Assembly (NCBI GenBank): GCA_049606035.1
Contig: JBMYVD010000003.1
Location: forward strand, 10,862 to 74,861
Reading direction: 5' to 3'
Source of the DNA: Candidatus Poseidoniaceae archaeon
GTDB lineage: Archaea > Thermoplasmatota > Poseidoniia > Poseidoniales > Poseidoniaceae
DNA: 64,000 nucleotides
The stretch's first letter is position 1, and each line of letters begins with the position of its first letter. Below are positions 53,034-62,923 of this stretch, piece by piece. The translations under genes and the position numbers were made by a program. The notes beneath the pieces were generated by a model. That model was not told where the DNA came from. It was given only the letters and a program-made list of their open reading frames with translations, and made no database searches.

Positions 53034-55766
53034 ATGAGTGCTAGCGATAGCAAGTCAGGAGATAAAGTGGGGTTGAGAAGAGGAAACTCTTCTGGCAATA
53101 TTGACCTCTCTACATTGCGTGCTCAATTTACGTCTACTCCGTCCCCATCCTTGGATCAGACGTTAATGCAGAATTCACGTTTCAGAGAGGAAGAGAAACT
53201 GCGTGCAAAGTTGCGTAGAGAAAGCAAACTCCGCCGTGAGGCATTAGCTGAGAGAATCTCATTAATGCAAGATAACATGGCTACAGACATTTCTAGGCAA
53301 CACGAAATGACCCTCAATGCATTCGAGACTGAATTGCGAGGTCAGATGGAAGAAGAGTTGTCTAAGTTGGAATCCGAAGCACTGACCAGAGAAGAAATTC
53401 GCCTAAGGGAAATGCATGAGATGCGTCTTGAGAGAGAAATTAGCGCTCTCAAGGAATCTCTCGAAGTGGAGCAAAGTCGCAAGGTCGAGGAACACAGAAC
53501 AGCAGTAATCTCTCAGTTGGAAACACAATTGTCCGACGAGCATCGCAAGAGGTTAGCATTCCAAAGAGAAAGATTGGAGGTAGAATTCAATCAATCTCTT
53601 CAAAGAAAAATCCGTGAACTGGAAGCCACAATTCAGAAAGAAATGGAAAGCAGGTTCACTGAGTTAGAATCCAAGGAAGTTGAGAGGCTTGAGGAAGTTC
53701 AAAGCCAAAAACTCGCCGAGAGAGAGGAATCTCTGCGTCGAGGAATCAGAACGAGGTTGGAGCAACAACTCAAACTTCGCCTCAAGCAAAGAGAAGCAAC
53801 CATGCGTGCTGAATATGAAAGGCGTAGCCTGAGGCTGGAAGAAGACATTGCAGCCTCAATTCAAGAGGAACTTGAATCTAGACTCAATTCAGAGACCAAA
53901 GAACTCGAAGAAAGAATGCGCCAGGACGTCGAATTGGCAGTTGCAAGAAGAAGAGAGCAACTCAGAGGAGAAGTCGAAAGGCAATTGGAATCGCAATACT
54001 CTGAGAAATTATCAGAGCGCAAGAGTAGATTGCGAGAAAAGTACGACTTAACATTCTCAAAGGCTGTTGACGATATTTCTCGTTCACTTGAAGCAGAAAT
54101 TGAGCAAGAACTCGAAGCAAGAATGGATGTGGAATTCGCAGCATATAGGAATGCTAGAGAAGCCGAAATCCAGAATCGCCTTGCAAGGTTCCGGTATGAG
54201 AGAGAAGCGGAGTTACACGACCAGATGGCGGAACGCTATGATTCGAAGAAGGTCGATTGGTCTGAGCGCCTAGAGTTAGAATTCCAAGCTCGTGAATCTG
54301 CTGCTCGTAAGGCAATTATGTCTGAAATCGATGGTAGGCTGCGAAATGAAAGAATCACTCAGGAAACAGACCTCGACCTAATCAAGGAAGAAACTGTTCT
54401 CGAACTCGAGGCGGAAATGGAAGAACGCCTCGCAGAATTCAGAGCCCGAAAGGAGGAAGAGGTCGCAACTCAACTCGAGAGACAACTCGACAAGAGAGAA
54501 GAGATCATGCGTAACAAGGCGCTTATTGAAGTCCGAAAGCGTGAAGCGAATATTCGTGCAGAAATCGAGGCACAACTCGGTGTCAAGCGTGCTGAAATTA
54601 GAGACCGTTTGTCTACACTAACTCAGCAAATGGATGACTTCAGATCAATGGCTGAAGTCAAGATGCGCGAATCGATTGAGGCTAAGGTACAGGGAGAAAT
54701 CGATGCTGATGAAGCAAGACTTGCTGAACAGCAACAAGAATTCGAAAACCTACAGTCCCAAGACTCCCGTGCGGAGAAACGTCAGTCTTGGTTACAAGCA
54801 ATTTCTGGACAGGGCACACAAGCACAGCAACCTCAGATGGGTGTAGACCCAAGCGCACTCGGTGCTAGACCGAGTGCACTAGGCGCATCTGCTGGAAGAG
54901 CTCCACGCGGGGCACTAGCACAAGCCGCGGCTCAACACACTCCTTCGATGGGTCTGGCAGGAATGAGAGCACCACGCTCTACTGCTAAGTCACTCAGCGG
55001 TGCTCAACCAATCGCACGACCTGTAAAGGCGCCCATTGGTGGAGCAGCACCTCTAGCAGGCAGGCCAGCAGCAACCCTGCCTCAACCAATTCAGCCGAAG
55101 GTAGTGAGGCAACCACTTGTCAAGCCACCAACTCAACTAACTCAAGAAGAACCATCTCCAGTGGTTTCTAGTCCTGTAGTTGCAAGCCCAGTTATTGCAC
55201 CTTCACTTGTGAAGAAGCCGGTAATTGCCCCGCCTGTAGTTTCTGAACCTCAGGTGGTTGTACCAACAGAACCTGTAACGCCAGTAGTCGAAGAGATTGA
55301 ACCAGAAATCGTAACTGTAGAAGAAGTTGAACCAGTTATTGAAACTGTAGAAGAAATTCCAGAGGTTACTGAAGAAGCAATCGAGCCTCAGGTCGAAGAA
55401 ATCGAGCCTGTAATCGAGACCGATTCAATCGTTGAAGAAATAATCGAGACGATTGAGGAAGAAGTCGAACCGGTGCAAAAAATCGCAACAATTACTCCTT
55501 TGAAGCGTCTTGAGCCTGTTCAGACCGCCGAAACAGTAGTTCTAGAGCCTGCAAAACTGAAGGTTTTGACACCTGTGAAAACAAAGGTGCTCACCCCTAT
55601 AGAACCTAAGGTTTTGGAACCAGTGAAGAGAAGAGGACCACCGCCATCTTCAGCACCAGGTCAGAGGCCAGGGGCAAAGGTCGCACAGACGCCTACAGCG
55701 ACTCTGAGACCAATTAAGAAACTGAAGCCAATCGACTCTAACCTAGACAAGGATTCAGAAGATTGA
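53034..55766 (+). CDS. Long E/R/K-rich coiled-coil protein with Pro/Val/Glu-rich repetitive C-terminus
   Basis: About 600 residues of charged heptad-like sequence with no TM helix or signal peptide. An A/G/P-rich linker follows, then short tandem peptide repeats (VEEIEPEIVT, VEEVEPVIET, EEIEPVIET; KVLTPVK, KVLTPIE, KVLEPVK). Confidence 0.7.
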   Translation: MSASDSKSGDKVGLRRGNSSGNIDLSTLRAQFTSTPSPSLDQTLMQNSRFREEEKLRAKLRRESKLRREALAERISLMQDNMATDISRQHEMTLNAFETELRGQMEEELSKLESEALTREEIRLREMHEMRLEREISALKESLEVEQSRKVEEHRTAVISQLETQLSDEHRKRLAFQRERLEVEFNQSLQRKIRELEATIQKEMESRFTELESKEVERLEEVQSQKLAEREESLRRGIRTRLEQQLKLRLKQREATMRAEYERRSLRLEEDIAASIQEELESRLNSETKELEERMRQDVELAVARRREQLRGEVERQLESQYSEKLSERKSRLREKYDLTFSKAVDDISRSLEAEIEQELEARMDVEFAAYRNAREAEIQNRLARFRYEREAELHDQMAERYDSKKVDWSERLELEFQARESAARKAIMSEIDGRLRNERITQETDLDLIKEETVLELEAEMEERLAEFRARKEEEVATQLERQLDKREEIMRNKALIEVRKREANIRAEIEAQLGVKRAEIRDRLSTLTQQMDDFRSMAEVKMRESIEAKVQGEIDADEARLAEQQQEFENLQSQDSRAEKRQSWLQAISGQGTQAQQPQMGVDPSALGARPSALGASAGRAPRGALAQAAAQHTPSMGLAGMRAPRSTAKSLSGAQPIARPVKAPIGGAAPLAGRPAATLPQPIQPKVVRQPLVKPPTQLTQEEPSPVVSSPVVASPVIAPSLVKKPVIAPPVVSEPQVVVPTEPVTPVVEEIEPEIVTVEEVEPVIETVEEIPEVTEEAIEPQVEEIEPVIETDSIVEEIIETIEEEVEPVQKIATITPLKRLEPVQTAETVVLEPAKLKVLTPVKTKVLTPIEPKVLEPVKRRGPPPSSAPGQRPGAKVAQTPTATLRPIKKLKPIDSNLDKDSED

Positions 55767-55840
55767 GGCCAACATTATTGGTTGAAATTCAAACACTTCA
55801 CTCCGTGTTATTCATACGTCGTGTATGATTGGAGATAATC

Positions 55841-58303
55841 ATGAGGAGAGTTATTGCGTTAATACTCGCAGTACTACTTTTGCCAGCGCTACCCTTTGCT
55901 GAAGCAAATTCTAACTTGATCGATGTTGGGGTAATCGATACTGAAGATGGCAGATTCATGCATGTCTCATTCACCTCATCTTCCACAATGGTCACTCTAA
56001 CAAAGACAGGTAATCTTTCAGAACATTTCTGGGGAAGTGGTGAATTAATCACTCAATGGTCAATTGAACTCAACGTTACAGCCAACTCAGCTAATGTAGA
56101 TTCAACAGGACTTCAGGTCGCAGTAGCACACAATGGTGGAGTATTGGTTGTAAATACCCAATCAAGAACAATCACCGGTAACTACAACTCGACTAGTTCG
56201 GTTGACGAAGTCCTTTGGGATTCTGAAGGAGACATGTGGTTCGGATTCCACGGCGGGGAACGTAGAGCTAAAGAATTCAATAACGGTGCTCCAACTGGTG
56301 AAGCGACTCTTGCGCACAACACAGCGCTTACATCTATGACAATCATCTCCGAAGACCGTATTGTTACATCAGGAAGAGACAACTTGGTGAAGGTTTTCTC
56401 GCAAGATAGTGTCTTAGAAAAAAGCCTATCCGATTTCAATTCATACCCAACGAAAATCATCAATGATGGGAATGGCAACATTATCGTAGGTTGTACGAAT
56501 GGTGACTTGTTTAGATATGATTTCGATGATTGGTCCATGGAACAGACGTCGGTTTCAAGCGGCCAAAGCATCATTTCGATTTCTATGGATGATTCCGGAG
56601 CGATATTAGTAGGTACTCAAAATGGGAAATTGCATCAAATCAACTCGACTACTTTCACTGAAGAAAAGGAATATTCTGCATCTGGTAGAGTAATATTCGG
56701 TACTTTTGGAAACAATGGCGAACTGTACATAATTTCCACATTTTCAACATCCTCGAAAATCAGATTGTATGATCTAGATTCCGACGGTGATGGAGTAACA
56801 GATAGCTTAGATGCTTTCCCAACTGATTCAACTCAAGATGAAGACGCGGATGGCGATGGATATGGTGACAATCCAGAAGGGAACAACCCAGATGCTTTCC
56901 CAGAAGATATCACTCAATGGGATGATACGGATGGTGACGGATATGGAGATAATCCAGACGGTAACGACTCTGATGCATTCCCTACCAATCCAGAACAGTG
57001 GAGTGACTCTGATGGTGACGGCTATGGAGACAACATGAACAAACAAGGTGGCGACAGATATCCTGATGACTCTACACAATGGGAAGATTCAGACTTTGAC
57101 GGATTTGGCGACAACAAGAATGGAACCGAGGGAGACGACTGTCCAGACCAGAACGGTTTCTCAACCATCGATAGAACTGGATGTAAGGATACAGATGGTG
57201 ATGGGTACTCAGACCCATCCGGCGATTGGAGCGTTGCAGATGGTGCAGATTTCGCAATAAATGACGATAGTCAATGGTCCGATACCGATGGTGACGGATA
57301 CGGTGACAACCTGCAAGGCAACGACCCGGATGCTTGTCCATTAGAATGGGGTAACTCCACAAGTGCTTACATTCCTGAGATTGCAAGCGATGGTTCTCTT
57401 GAACTAAACTTCGTAGTCACAGAAAAATTCGGTTGCATCGACACAGATGGAGATGGTTTCTATGATTTCGCAGATGACCTTCCAGAAGATTCTCGTGACT
57501 ACATTGATTCGGATGCAGATTTAGTAGGTGCTAGCCAAGATTATAACGATTCAAACAGGCTCGTTCAAACCGTTTTTGACCATTGTGAACTAGTTGTGAC
57601 AGATGTTACAGAAACGTGTCAAGGAGTACGGGACGTAGATTACCAAAACTACGTCACAGACAAAGAAGCAAAGGGAGAAACTGCAAAGCAATACTTTGCT
57701 TGGGTGAAATCCCAAGAAGAGGCTGAGGCCGAGGAATCATCCAGCGACCAATATCTTTCAACTGCAAAAGAAATAGCTCCGTTCTTGGGTGGAGGATTCG
57801 CAGCAATAGTGGCAGTATTGTTGATCTATGCTGCAATAGGCAGTGCCAGACGAAGAAAGGCTCTGGTGAAAACCTACGGAGTACCTTTCGTGCCGGATGG
57901 TGAAAACACCGCAGAAGCAGAAGCACTTGGCGGAAAAGCAGGACTTTCAGGTTCTGGTGGTGTAGATTCAGACAAGTATTGGGACGATGATGTCGCACCA
58001 ATGGAAATAGAGAATTCTAACGAAGAAGCCGAGATTGAATCTGGTTTCGATGACATCGATATCAAGGGAGATATGGATGTTGCAGAATCATCAGGTGTAA
58101 TGGAAGAATCTGCATCTCTAGAAGAGTTAGCAGGACTACCTGCTCAAACCACGACTGCTGAAGCAAGCCAGGTGAATGAAGCGCCTGCACAACAAGCACC
58201 ACCCGAAGCGCCTCCATTACCGGCAGAAGGTCTTCCAGACGGTTGGACAATGGACCAATGGAAATGGTACGGTGCAGAGTGGCTTGCAAAGCAAGGTAAG
58301 TGA
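55841..58303 (+). CDS. Secreted beta-propeller-like protein with TSP3-type Ca-binding repeats, TM anchor and acidic cytoplasmic tail
   Basis: Signal peptide (LILAVLLLPALPFAEA). Seven D-x-D-G-D-G-(Y/F)-(G/x)-D repeats. One TM helix (FLGGGFAAIVAVLLIYAAIG) is followed by RRRK. The tail ends LPDGWTMDQWKWYGAEWLAKQGK. Confidence 0.8.
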   Translation: MRRVIALILAVLLLPALPFAEANSNLIDVGVIDTEDGRFMHVSFTSSSTMVTLTKTGNLSEHFWGSGELITQWSIELNVTANSANVDSTGLQVAVAHNGGVLVVNTQSRTITGNYNSTSSVDEVLWDSEGDMWFGFHGGERRAKEFNNGAPTGEATLAHNTALTSMTIISEDRIVTSGRDNLVKVFSQDSVLEKSLSDFNSYPTKIINDGNGNIIVGCTNGDLFRYDFDDWSMEQTSVSSGQSIISISMDDSGAILVGTQNGKLHQINSTTFTEEKEYSASGRVIFGTFGNNGELYIISTFSTSSKIRLYDLDSDGDGVTDSLDAFPTDSTQDEDADGDGYGDNPEGNNPDAFPEDITQWDDTDGDGYGDNPDGNDSDAFPTNPEQWSDSDGDGYGDNMNKQGGDRYPDDSTQWEDSDFDGFGDNKNGTEGDDCPDQNGFSTIDRTGCKDTDGDGYSDPSGDWSVADGADFAINDDSQWSDTDGDGYGDNLQGNDPDACPLEWGNSTSAYIPEIASDGSLELNFVVTEKFGCIDTDGDGFYDFADDLPEDSRDYIDSDADLVGASQDYNDSNRLVQTVFDHCELVVTDVTETCQGVRDVDYQNYVTDKEAKGETAKQYFAWVKSQEEAEAEESSSDQYLSTAKEIAPFLGGGFAAIVAVLLIYAAIGSARRRKALVKTYGVPFVPDGENTAEAEALGGKAGLSGSGGVDSDKYWDDDVAPMEIENSNEEAEIESGFDDIDIKGDMDVAESSGVMEESASLEELAGLPAQTTTAEASQVNEAPAQQAPPEAPPLPAEGLPDGWTMDQWKWYGAEWLAKQGK
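56775..57520 (+). repeat. Intragenic tandem-like repeats encoding DxDGDGYGDN calcium-binding motifs
   Basis: Recurrent gatggtgacgg(a/c)tatgg(a/t)ga(c/t)aa units encode DADGDGYGDN, DTDGDGYGDN, DSDGDGYGDN, DSDFDGFGDN, DTDGDGYSDP, DTDGDGYGDN and DTDGDGFYDF. Confidence 0.85.
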
Positions 58304-58564
58304 TTAATCGGTTCGCCAAACAATTGGTAGGGAAGATTTCAGTTCACCGAGTTCTGCTCCGGTATATACTGGAACTCCGTCTACTTTCAAAGTATTAGCA
58401 ATCAACCAAAGGATAGCGTTCCAACTCTTTGCGTCAGCGAACAATTCAATCTCTCCCATTGTAGCTTTCACTAGGAGTTTTCCTGCATCACTCTTTGAAT
58501 CAAAAATCGCATGCACTAAATCGGTAGTGGAAAGTTTGTATCCCGAAGGTCTCCATTCCATCAT
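58304..58564 (-). CDS. Hypothetical 86-aa protein, third gene of the ParA cassette
   Basis: The ORF starts 9 nt after the RHH gene. There is no recognisable motif. Its stop abuts the stop of the convergent 824-aa gene. Confidence 0.45.
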   Translation of the reverse strand: MMEWRPSGYKLSTTDLVHAIFDSKSDAGKLLVKATMGEIELFADAKSWNAILWLIANTLKVDGVPVYTGAELGELKSSLPIVWRTD

Positions 58565-58573
58565 TTTACCACC

Positions 58574-58816
58574 TCAGACTTTGAATGGTGCTAGATTTAG
58601 CCTCTGTACGAGATGTTCGGTGCTTACGTCAGCAACCTCTTTCATCTGTTCTCTGAGTTTGTCTAACTCACCGTTCATCTTTCCTAATTTGTGAGCGCGA
58701 ATCATATCTGCTAGAAACGAGTCTACACTACGATGGCCATCCATCGTTCTTAGAGTGTTCAATTGCCTTCTAACTTCATAACTTACACTTACTGAGGTCA
58801 TCCCTTCCCCTGTCAT
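58574..58816 (-). CDS. Ribbon-helix-helix (CopG/ParG/SegB-like) DNA-binding protein
   Basis: A beta-strand-like SVSVSYEV is followed by helices RRQLNTLRTM and SVDSFLADMIRAH. It lies directly downstream of parA. Confidence 0.5.
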   Translation of the reverse strand: MTGEGMTSVSVSYEVRRQLNTLRTMDGHRSVDSFLADMIRAHKLGKMNGELDKLREQMKEVADVSTEHLVQRLNLAPFKV

Positions 58817-58891
58817 GAGGTTGATGCGCTCTATAGACTACTTGAAGTGCGCGCGCAATAAACCATGCAAAGTCGTGATTTTTTGACCGTA

Positions 58892-59860
58892 TCAAATGGA
58901 GCGGCCTTGTTTTTCCAATAACAATCTAGGATGTTCGGTAACTCCGAATTGCCTTCTCATTTCTTGAACTCTCTCGTGATATTCTTTGGTCAGAGACCAA
59001 TACTCTCTGCTGCCAGCACCGGCACCGCTCTTGCTTGGTTTGTTCAAAATAACTGTCGGAGCGCCCGTCCATGCAGCTTCTGCAACCTTAGCCAATCTTC
59101 GGATAGGTGTCTTGAACACCTTCCTCGGAATCTTTGATTGCACTTCATTGCAGACGTGGAGTGATAGTTTGGACCTCTGGTCTACCATTGTCATAGCAAC
59201 GCCGAAGATCTTCAGGTTTCGATTGATTCTCTTCTGAATCATCTTTACACTGTTCATAAGCATGCTGAAGCCTTCCAGTGCGTAGTACTCTGCCTGTACT
59301 GGAATAAACACCCAGTTTGCTGCACAAAGTGCATTGATTGAAAGCAATCCCAAGGAAGGCGGTGTGTCGATGATAATGTGGTCGAATTGGTCAATTATTG
59401 GAGCCAGGGCTTCTCTTAGTCTAGTCTCTCTCCCAATTCTATGGCTCAATTCTATTTCAGCACCAGATAGATGTATGTCGCTAGGAAGCAACCACAAATT
59501 ATCAACAGCTAGGTCTTCAGGAACCCTGTTGGAATTGTCATTTCTTTTCGACCAAGCTTTTTGCATCGATTCAGTAAGTTCTGCTGGTGAGATGATGTAC
59601 TCTTTCATTAAGGGTAAATCTTCACCACTATCATTTACAAGCAAATCATATGCAGTTTTCTTGATTTTTTTCTTTTCAACACCAAAAGAGGTAGCACAAT
59701 TACCCTGAGGGTCCAAATCGATGAGAAGGACCTTAGCAGGTGGTACCTTGAATTTGGGGTTGCCTTTTGCCAAGGCAGCAGCGAGATTGACCGCAGTGGT
59801 CGTTTTTGCACAACCGCCCTTCTGGTTCGCAACTGCCACTACCATCTTGTACGGATTCAT
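58892..59860 (-). CDS. parA: ParA/Soj-family (SegA-like) partition ATPase
   Basis: Deviant Walker A is VANQKGGCAKTTTAVNLA, then LLIDLDPQGN, and Walker B is IIIDTPPSLG. The C-terminal extension is about 60 aa. Confidence 0.85.
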   Translation of the reverse strand: MNPYKMVVAVANQKGGCAKTTTAVNLAAALAKGNPKFKVPPAKVLLIDLDPQGNCATSFGVEKKKIKKTAYDLLVNDSGEDLPLMKEYIISPAELTESMQKAWSKRNDNSNRVPEDLAVDNLWLLPSDIHLSGAEIELSHRIGRETRLREALAPIIDQFDHIIIDTPPSLGLLSINALCAANWVFIPVQAEYYALEGFSMLMNSVKMIQKRINRNLKIFGVAMTMVDQRSKLSLHVCNEVQSKIPRKVFKTPIRRLAKVAEAAWTGAPTVILNKPSKSGAGAGSREYWSLTKEYHERVQEMRRQFGVTEHPRLLLEKQGRSI

Positions 59861-59940
59861 CTAGACCCTCCCAAATCTCTCTGCGTTGACACGGCCAAAT
59901 CGGCGCTCCCCTGTAAAGAGTCGCATTGAATCAGAGCAAA

Positions 59941-60993
59941 TCATCCCTGTTGAATGACAGGAACTGGTACTTCGGACAAAATCTTGCGAACGATGTGCAT
60001 ACCAGTGATTCCTCGAATCTTTGCTTCTGGCTTCATTACGATTCTGTGAGATATAATCTGCAGAGCGATGCCCTTGATATCATCAGGTATCACGTAATCC
60101 CTTCCATCGATTGCAGCCGCAGCACGTCCAGTCTTGAACAGTGATTGGCTAGCACGAGGAGACGCTCCGTTTACAACACGGTGATCTTCACGAGTTCTTT
60201 GCACGATTTCAACAATGTATGATAGAATTGCAGGGTCGACGTGAACGGTTTCAAGTGCCTTTTGCATTGCAACTACTTTCTTTGGCGAGGTAATTTGCTC
60301 AACATCGTGCTGGTCCTTTCCACGCAACTTACGACGTGCTAGAATTGCCTTCTCTTCCGCACGGTCTGGGTAACCCATACTCATCTTCATCAAGAAACGG
60401 TCCATCTGTGCTTCAGGCAGCGGGTATGTTCCTTCTTGCTCGATTGGGTTCTGAGTAGCAAGTACGACGAACGGAGCAGGCAACTTGTGAGTAATACCTT
60501 CAATTGTAACCTGCTTTTCTTCCATCGCTTCTAACAGAGCAGCCTGTGTCTTTGGAGGAGCACGGTTAATTTCGTCAGCTAGTAGAATGTTTGAGAACAG
60601 AGGTCCAGCACGTAGTTTGAACTCACCAGACTTTTGGTCGAACATGTACGTACCCATGATATCGCTGGGCAGCAAGTCAGGAGTGAACTGAACACGCTTG
60701 AATTTACATCCTAGGGCACGTGCGAAGGTGTTTGATAGTAGGGTCTTTGCAAGACCGGGGAAATCTTCCAGAAGCATGTTTCCATTCGATAGAATTCCGA
60801 CAGTAACTCTTCGAAGATTCTCATTCTTACCGATGATTACTTTCGAGACTTCTCCCATAAGGGAATTAGCAATCGAAGACACTGTTGCAATCAGGTCTTT
60901 TGTGCGGTGGTCACCTGCTGGTGCTCCTGCTTGGAATCCTGCGTTCATGGTATTAACACCTCTCGGTACAACTTGACTACCTGCACCATCCAT
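59941..60993 (-). CDS. MoxR-family AAA+ ATPase
   Basis: Walker A region LLEDFPGLAKTLL, Walker B and sensor region LLADEINRAPPKTQAALLEAMEE, and then VLATQNPIEQEGTYPLPEAQMDRF. Confidence 0.88.
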   Translation of the reverse strand: MDGAGSQVVPRGVNTMNAGFQAGAPAGDHRTKDLIATVSSIANSLMGEVSKVIIGKNENLRRVTVGILSNGNMLLEDFPGLAKTLLSNTFARALGCKFKRVQFTPDLLPSDIMGTYMFDQKSGEFKLRAGPLFSNILLADEINRAPPKTQAALLEAMEEKQVTIEGITHKLPAPFVVLATQNPIEQEGTYPLPEAQMDRFLMKMSMGYPDRAEEKAILARRKLRGKDQHDVEQITSPKKVVAMQKALETVHVDPAILSYIVEIVQRTREDHRVVNGASPRASQSLFKTGRAAAAIDGRDYVIPDDIKGIALQIISHRIVMKPEAKIRGITGMHIVRKILSEVPVPVIQQG

Positions 60994-61048
60994 ACTTCAA
61001 GGTATTGCGTATATAAGTCGCAAGAATTCACGACGCACAACGATTTCC

Positions 61049-62875
61049 TTATCTGCCCCAAAAGTGGTCCTGCTTACGATGTAGGCGGGTAATTTCCTCT
61101 AGGATTTCTTCTTCGATAGGGGTTAAGTCGAGTTTTCTCAATCTCTTGGCATGTGAGGATGGGATGTCTACCCAAAATTCGTCACCTTCTTCGATTTGCC
61201 TACCGACGGTTGGGCCCATAACGGCAACCGCTAATTCTTCTCCTTGATGTCCCTGTTTGACATCCTCGCTTGACCTTGTTCTAAGGCTCTTGATTTGACC
61301 GATGGGTGTACCATCTAATTTCATGATTTTTTGTCCTATGTGGACTCTGCCGCCTAGGACTCTCATCCCGACAATTGCAGGGCCCTTATTTCTGAAAGTG
61401 TGGTCTTTCAAGTACAGTAAGTGGCCAGGGTAAACCAGATTTTCTCTAGCAGCAGAGTCCATCTCTGCTTTTGTTGTGTCTCTCCATTCTTCAAATTCTT
61501 CAAGAATTCTGTAAATGATATCAGCGCTGATGAATTTTATTTCAGCATCTGGCCCCTCAAGCTTGGGCTGAACTTCTGTGTTTCCCTTCACTGAGAATCC
61601 TAGGATGACTTGATTGAGAGCATCATCTGCGCACTGGGCTGTAATTATGTCTCTCTTGTTAACGGGACCAACCGTAGCCATTCTAATTGGAATCTCCATC
61701 TTGTCTAATTCGAAAGCTAGCGCTTCTAGACCGCCCACAGTATCTGCTTTGATGACAACCCCTTCTTCAGCGATGTCAACAGATATTTTCGCTTCCTTGA
61801 AAGCCTCTTTCTGTGCAATCGCCTTCGCTTCATCGGAATTGGTTTGACGCAACGTCGTTCCCGCTAACACGTTTTCTAAGTTCGGTGCTACAATCTTCAA
61901 ACCACATGCGGCCACTGCATTGTCACATGCTTCCCAGCGGTCTCCAGCATCCCTCATTTCAGACATTCCCTTTGGTCTAAACATCCCTTTGATGTGAGTT
62001 GTAAATGGGCCATCAGATCCAACTAAAGTAATCGTATCTCCGACATTTAATTCACCGCGATTGAGTATGACGTCGATTGTTTTTCCAAGGCCTCTTTCAT
62101 CCTTCATCTCCAAAACGGTACCTTCACCGTCACCGAGTGTGTCTCTCAATCTCTCCTCAAGGAATCGCTCTGCAAGTCCGACAGTTACGGTAAGTAGGTC
62201 TTGCAGGCCTTCGCCATCCTTAGCGGAACAAGGCACCATTGCTAGGTTTGATTTGAAATCACGAATTTTGTCATATCTCTCAATATTGAATCCGTGCTCG
62301 CTGAATTGACCCAGGAGTTTCCAGTATCTTTCTTCGAACAACTGGTGCACATCCTCTCTTTGACTCGACCATGATTCGATGAAAGAGCGACCCTCTTCAG
62401 TCCTCCAGCCGTGAATGCGGTCCACCTTGTTTGCAGCCACGACAAATGGTGTTTTCTTGTCTCTAAGAATCCTCAAACTTTCGATTGTTTGAGGTTGTAA
62501 TCCTTCCATAATGTCTACGACAAGGATTGCGATATCTGCAAGTGCACCGCCTCTACTACGAAGACTGGTGAATGAGTGATGTCCGGGTGTGTCGATGAAT
62601 AATAATCCTGGGCTGTTGAAATCCTTGCCGCCGGTCATAGCAGCACAGGTTTCATTCAGGATCTTCGCAGGAACCTCGGTGGCACCGATGTGCTGTGTTA
62701 TCCCTCCAGCTTCTCTATCCATCACGCTCGCTTGACGCTCAGATCCTAGGGACCTGAAATGGTCGAGAACGCTGGTCTTTCCATGGTCTACGTGACCAAG
62801 AACCGATACGATTGGTTGACGTTGCCAGCCGAGGTTCTTAGCCTCGTTTTCAGGGCTAGATTCCTCTTCAGACAT
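61049..62875 (-). CDS. infB: Translation initiation factor aIF5B (IF-2 homologue)
   Basis: The GTPase motifs are GHVDHGKTSVLD, DTPGHHSF and NKVD. The length of 608 aa and the downstream beta-barrel domains fit aIF5B. No intein. Confidence 0.92.
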   Translation of the reverse strand: MSEEESSPENEAKNLGWQRQPIVSVLGHVDHGKTSVLDHFRSLGSERQASVMDREAGGITQHIGATEVPAKILNETCAAMTGGKDFNSPGLLFIDTPGHHSFTSLRSRGGALADIAILVVDIMEGLQPQTIESLRILRDKKTPFVVAANKVDRIHGWRTEEGRSFIESWSSQREDVHQLFEERYWKLLGQFSEHGFNIERYDKIRDFKSNLAMVPCSAKDGEGLQDLLTVTVGLAERFLEERLRDTLGDGEGTVLEMKDERGLGKTIDVILNRGELNVGDTITLVGSDGPFTTHIKGMFRPKGMSEMRDAGDRWEACDNAVAACGLKIVAPNLENVLAGTTLRQTNSDEAKAIAQKEAFKEAKISVDIAEEGVVIKADTVGGLEALAFELDKMEIPIRMATVGPVNKRDIITAQCADDALNQVILGFSVKGNTEVQPKLEGPDAEIKFISADIIYRILEEFEEWRDTTKAEMDSAARENLVYPGHLLYLKDHTFRNKGPAIVGMRVLGGRVHIGQKIMKLDGTPIGQIKSLRTRSSEDVKQGHQGEELAVAVMGPTVGRQIEEGDEFWVDIPSSHAKRLRKLDLTPIEEEILEEITRLHRKQDHFWGR

Positions 62876-62923
62876 ATCAAATTCTCCAATTGGAATTTTT
62901 AATTTTGCAATTGACGTTCAATT

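Noticed and set aside
56775-57520. Regularly recurring DNA units that might suggest a CRISPR-like array
   Set aside because: The repeats are in-frame inside a long ORF and encode DxDGDGYGDN calcium-binding motifs. The spacers are coding sequence of variable length, and there are no cas genes. I saw no CRISPR array anywhere in the window.
59861-59942. Three (c/g)caaatc hexamer-like repeats upstream of parA as a centromere (59871-59877, 59895-59901, 59936-59942)
   Set aside because: The motif is only 6-7 nt long, the spacing is irregular (24 and 41 nt), and the third copy lies inside the MoxR coding end. This is easily explained by chance.
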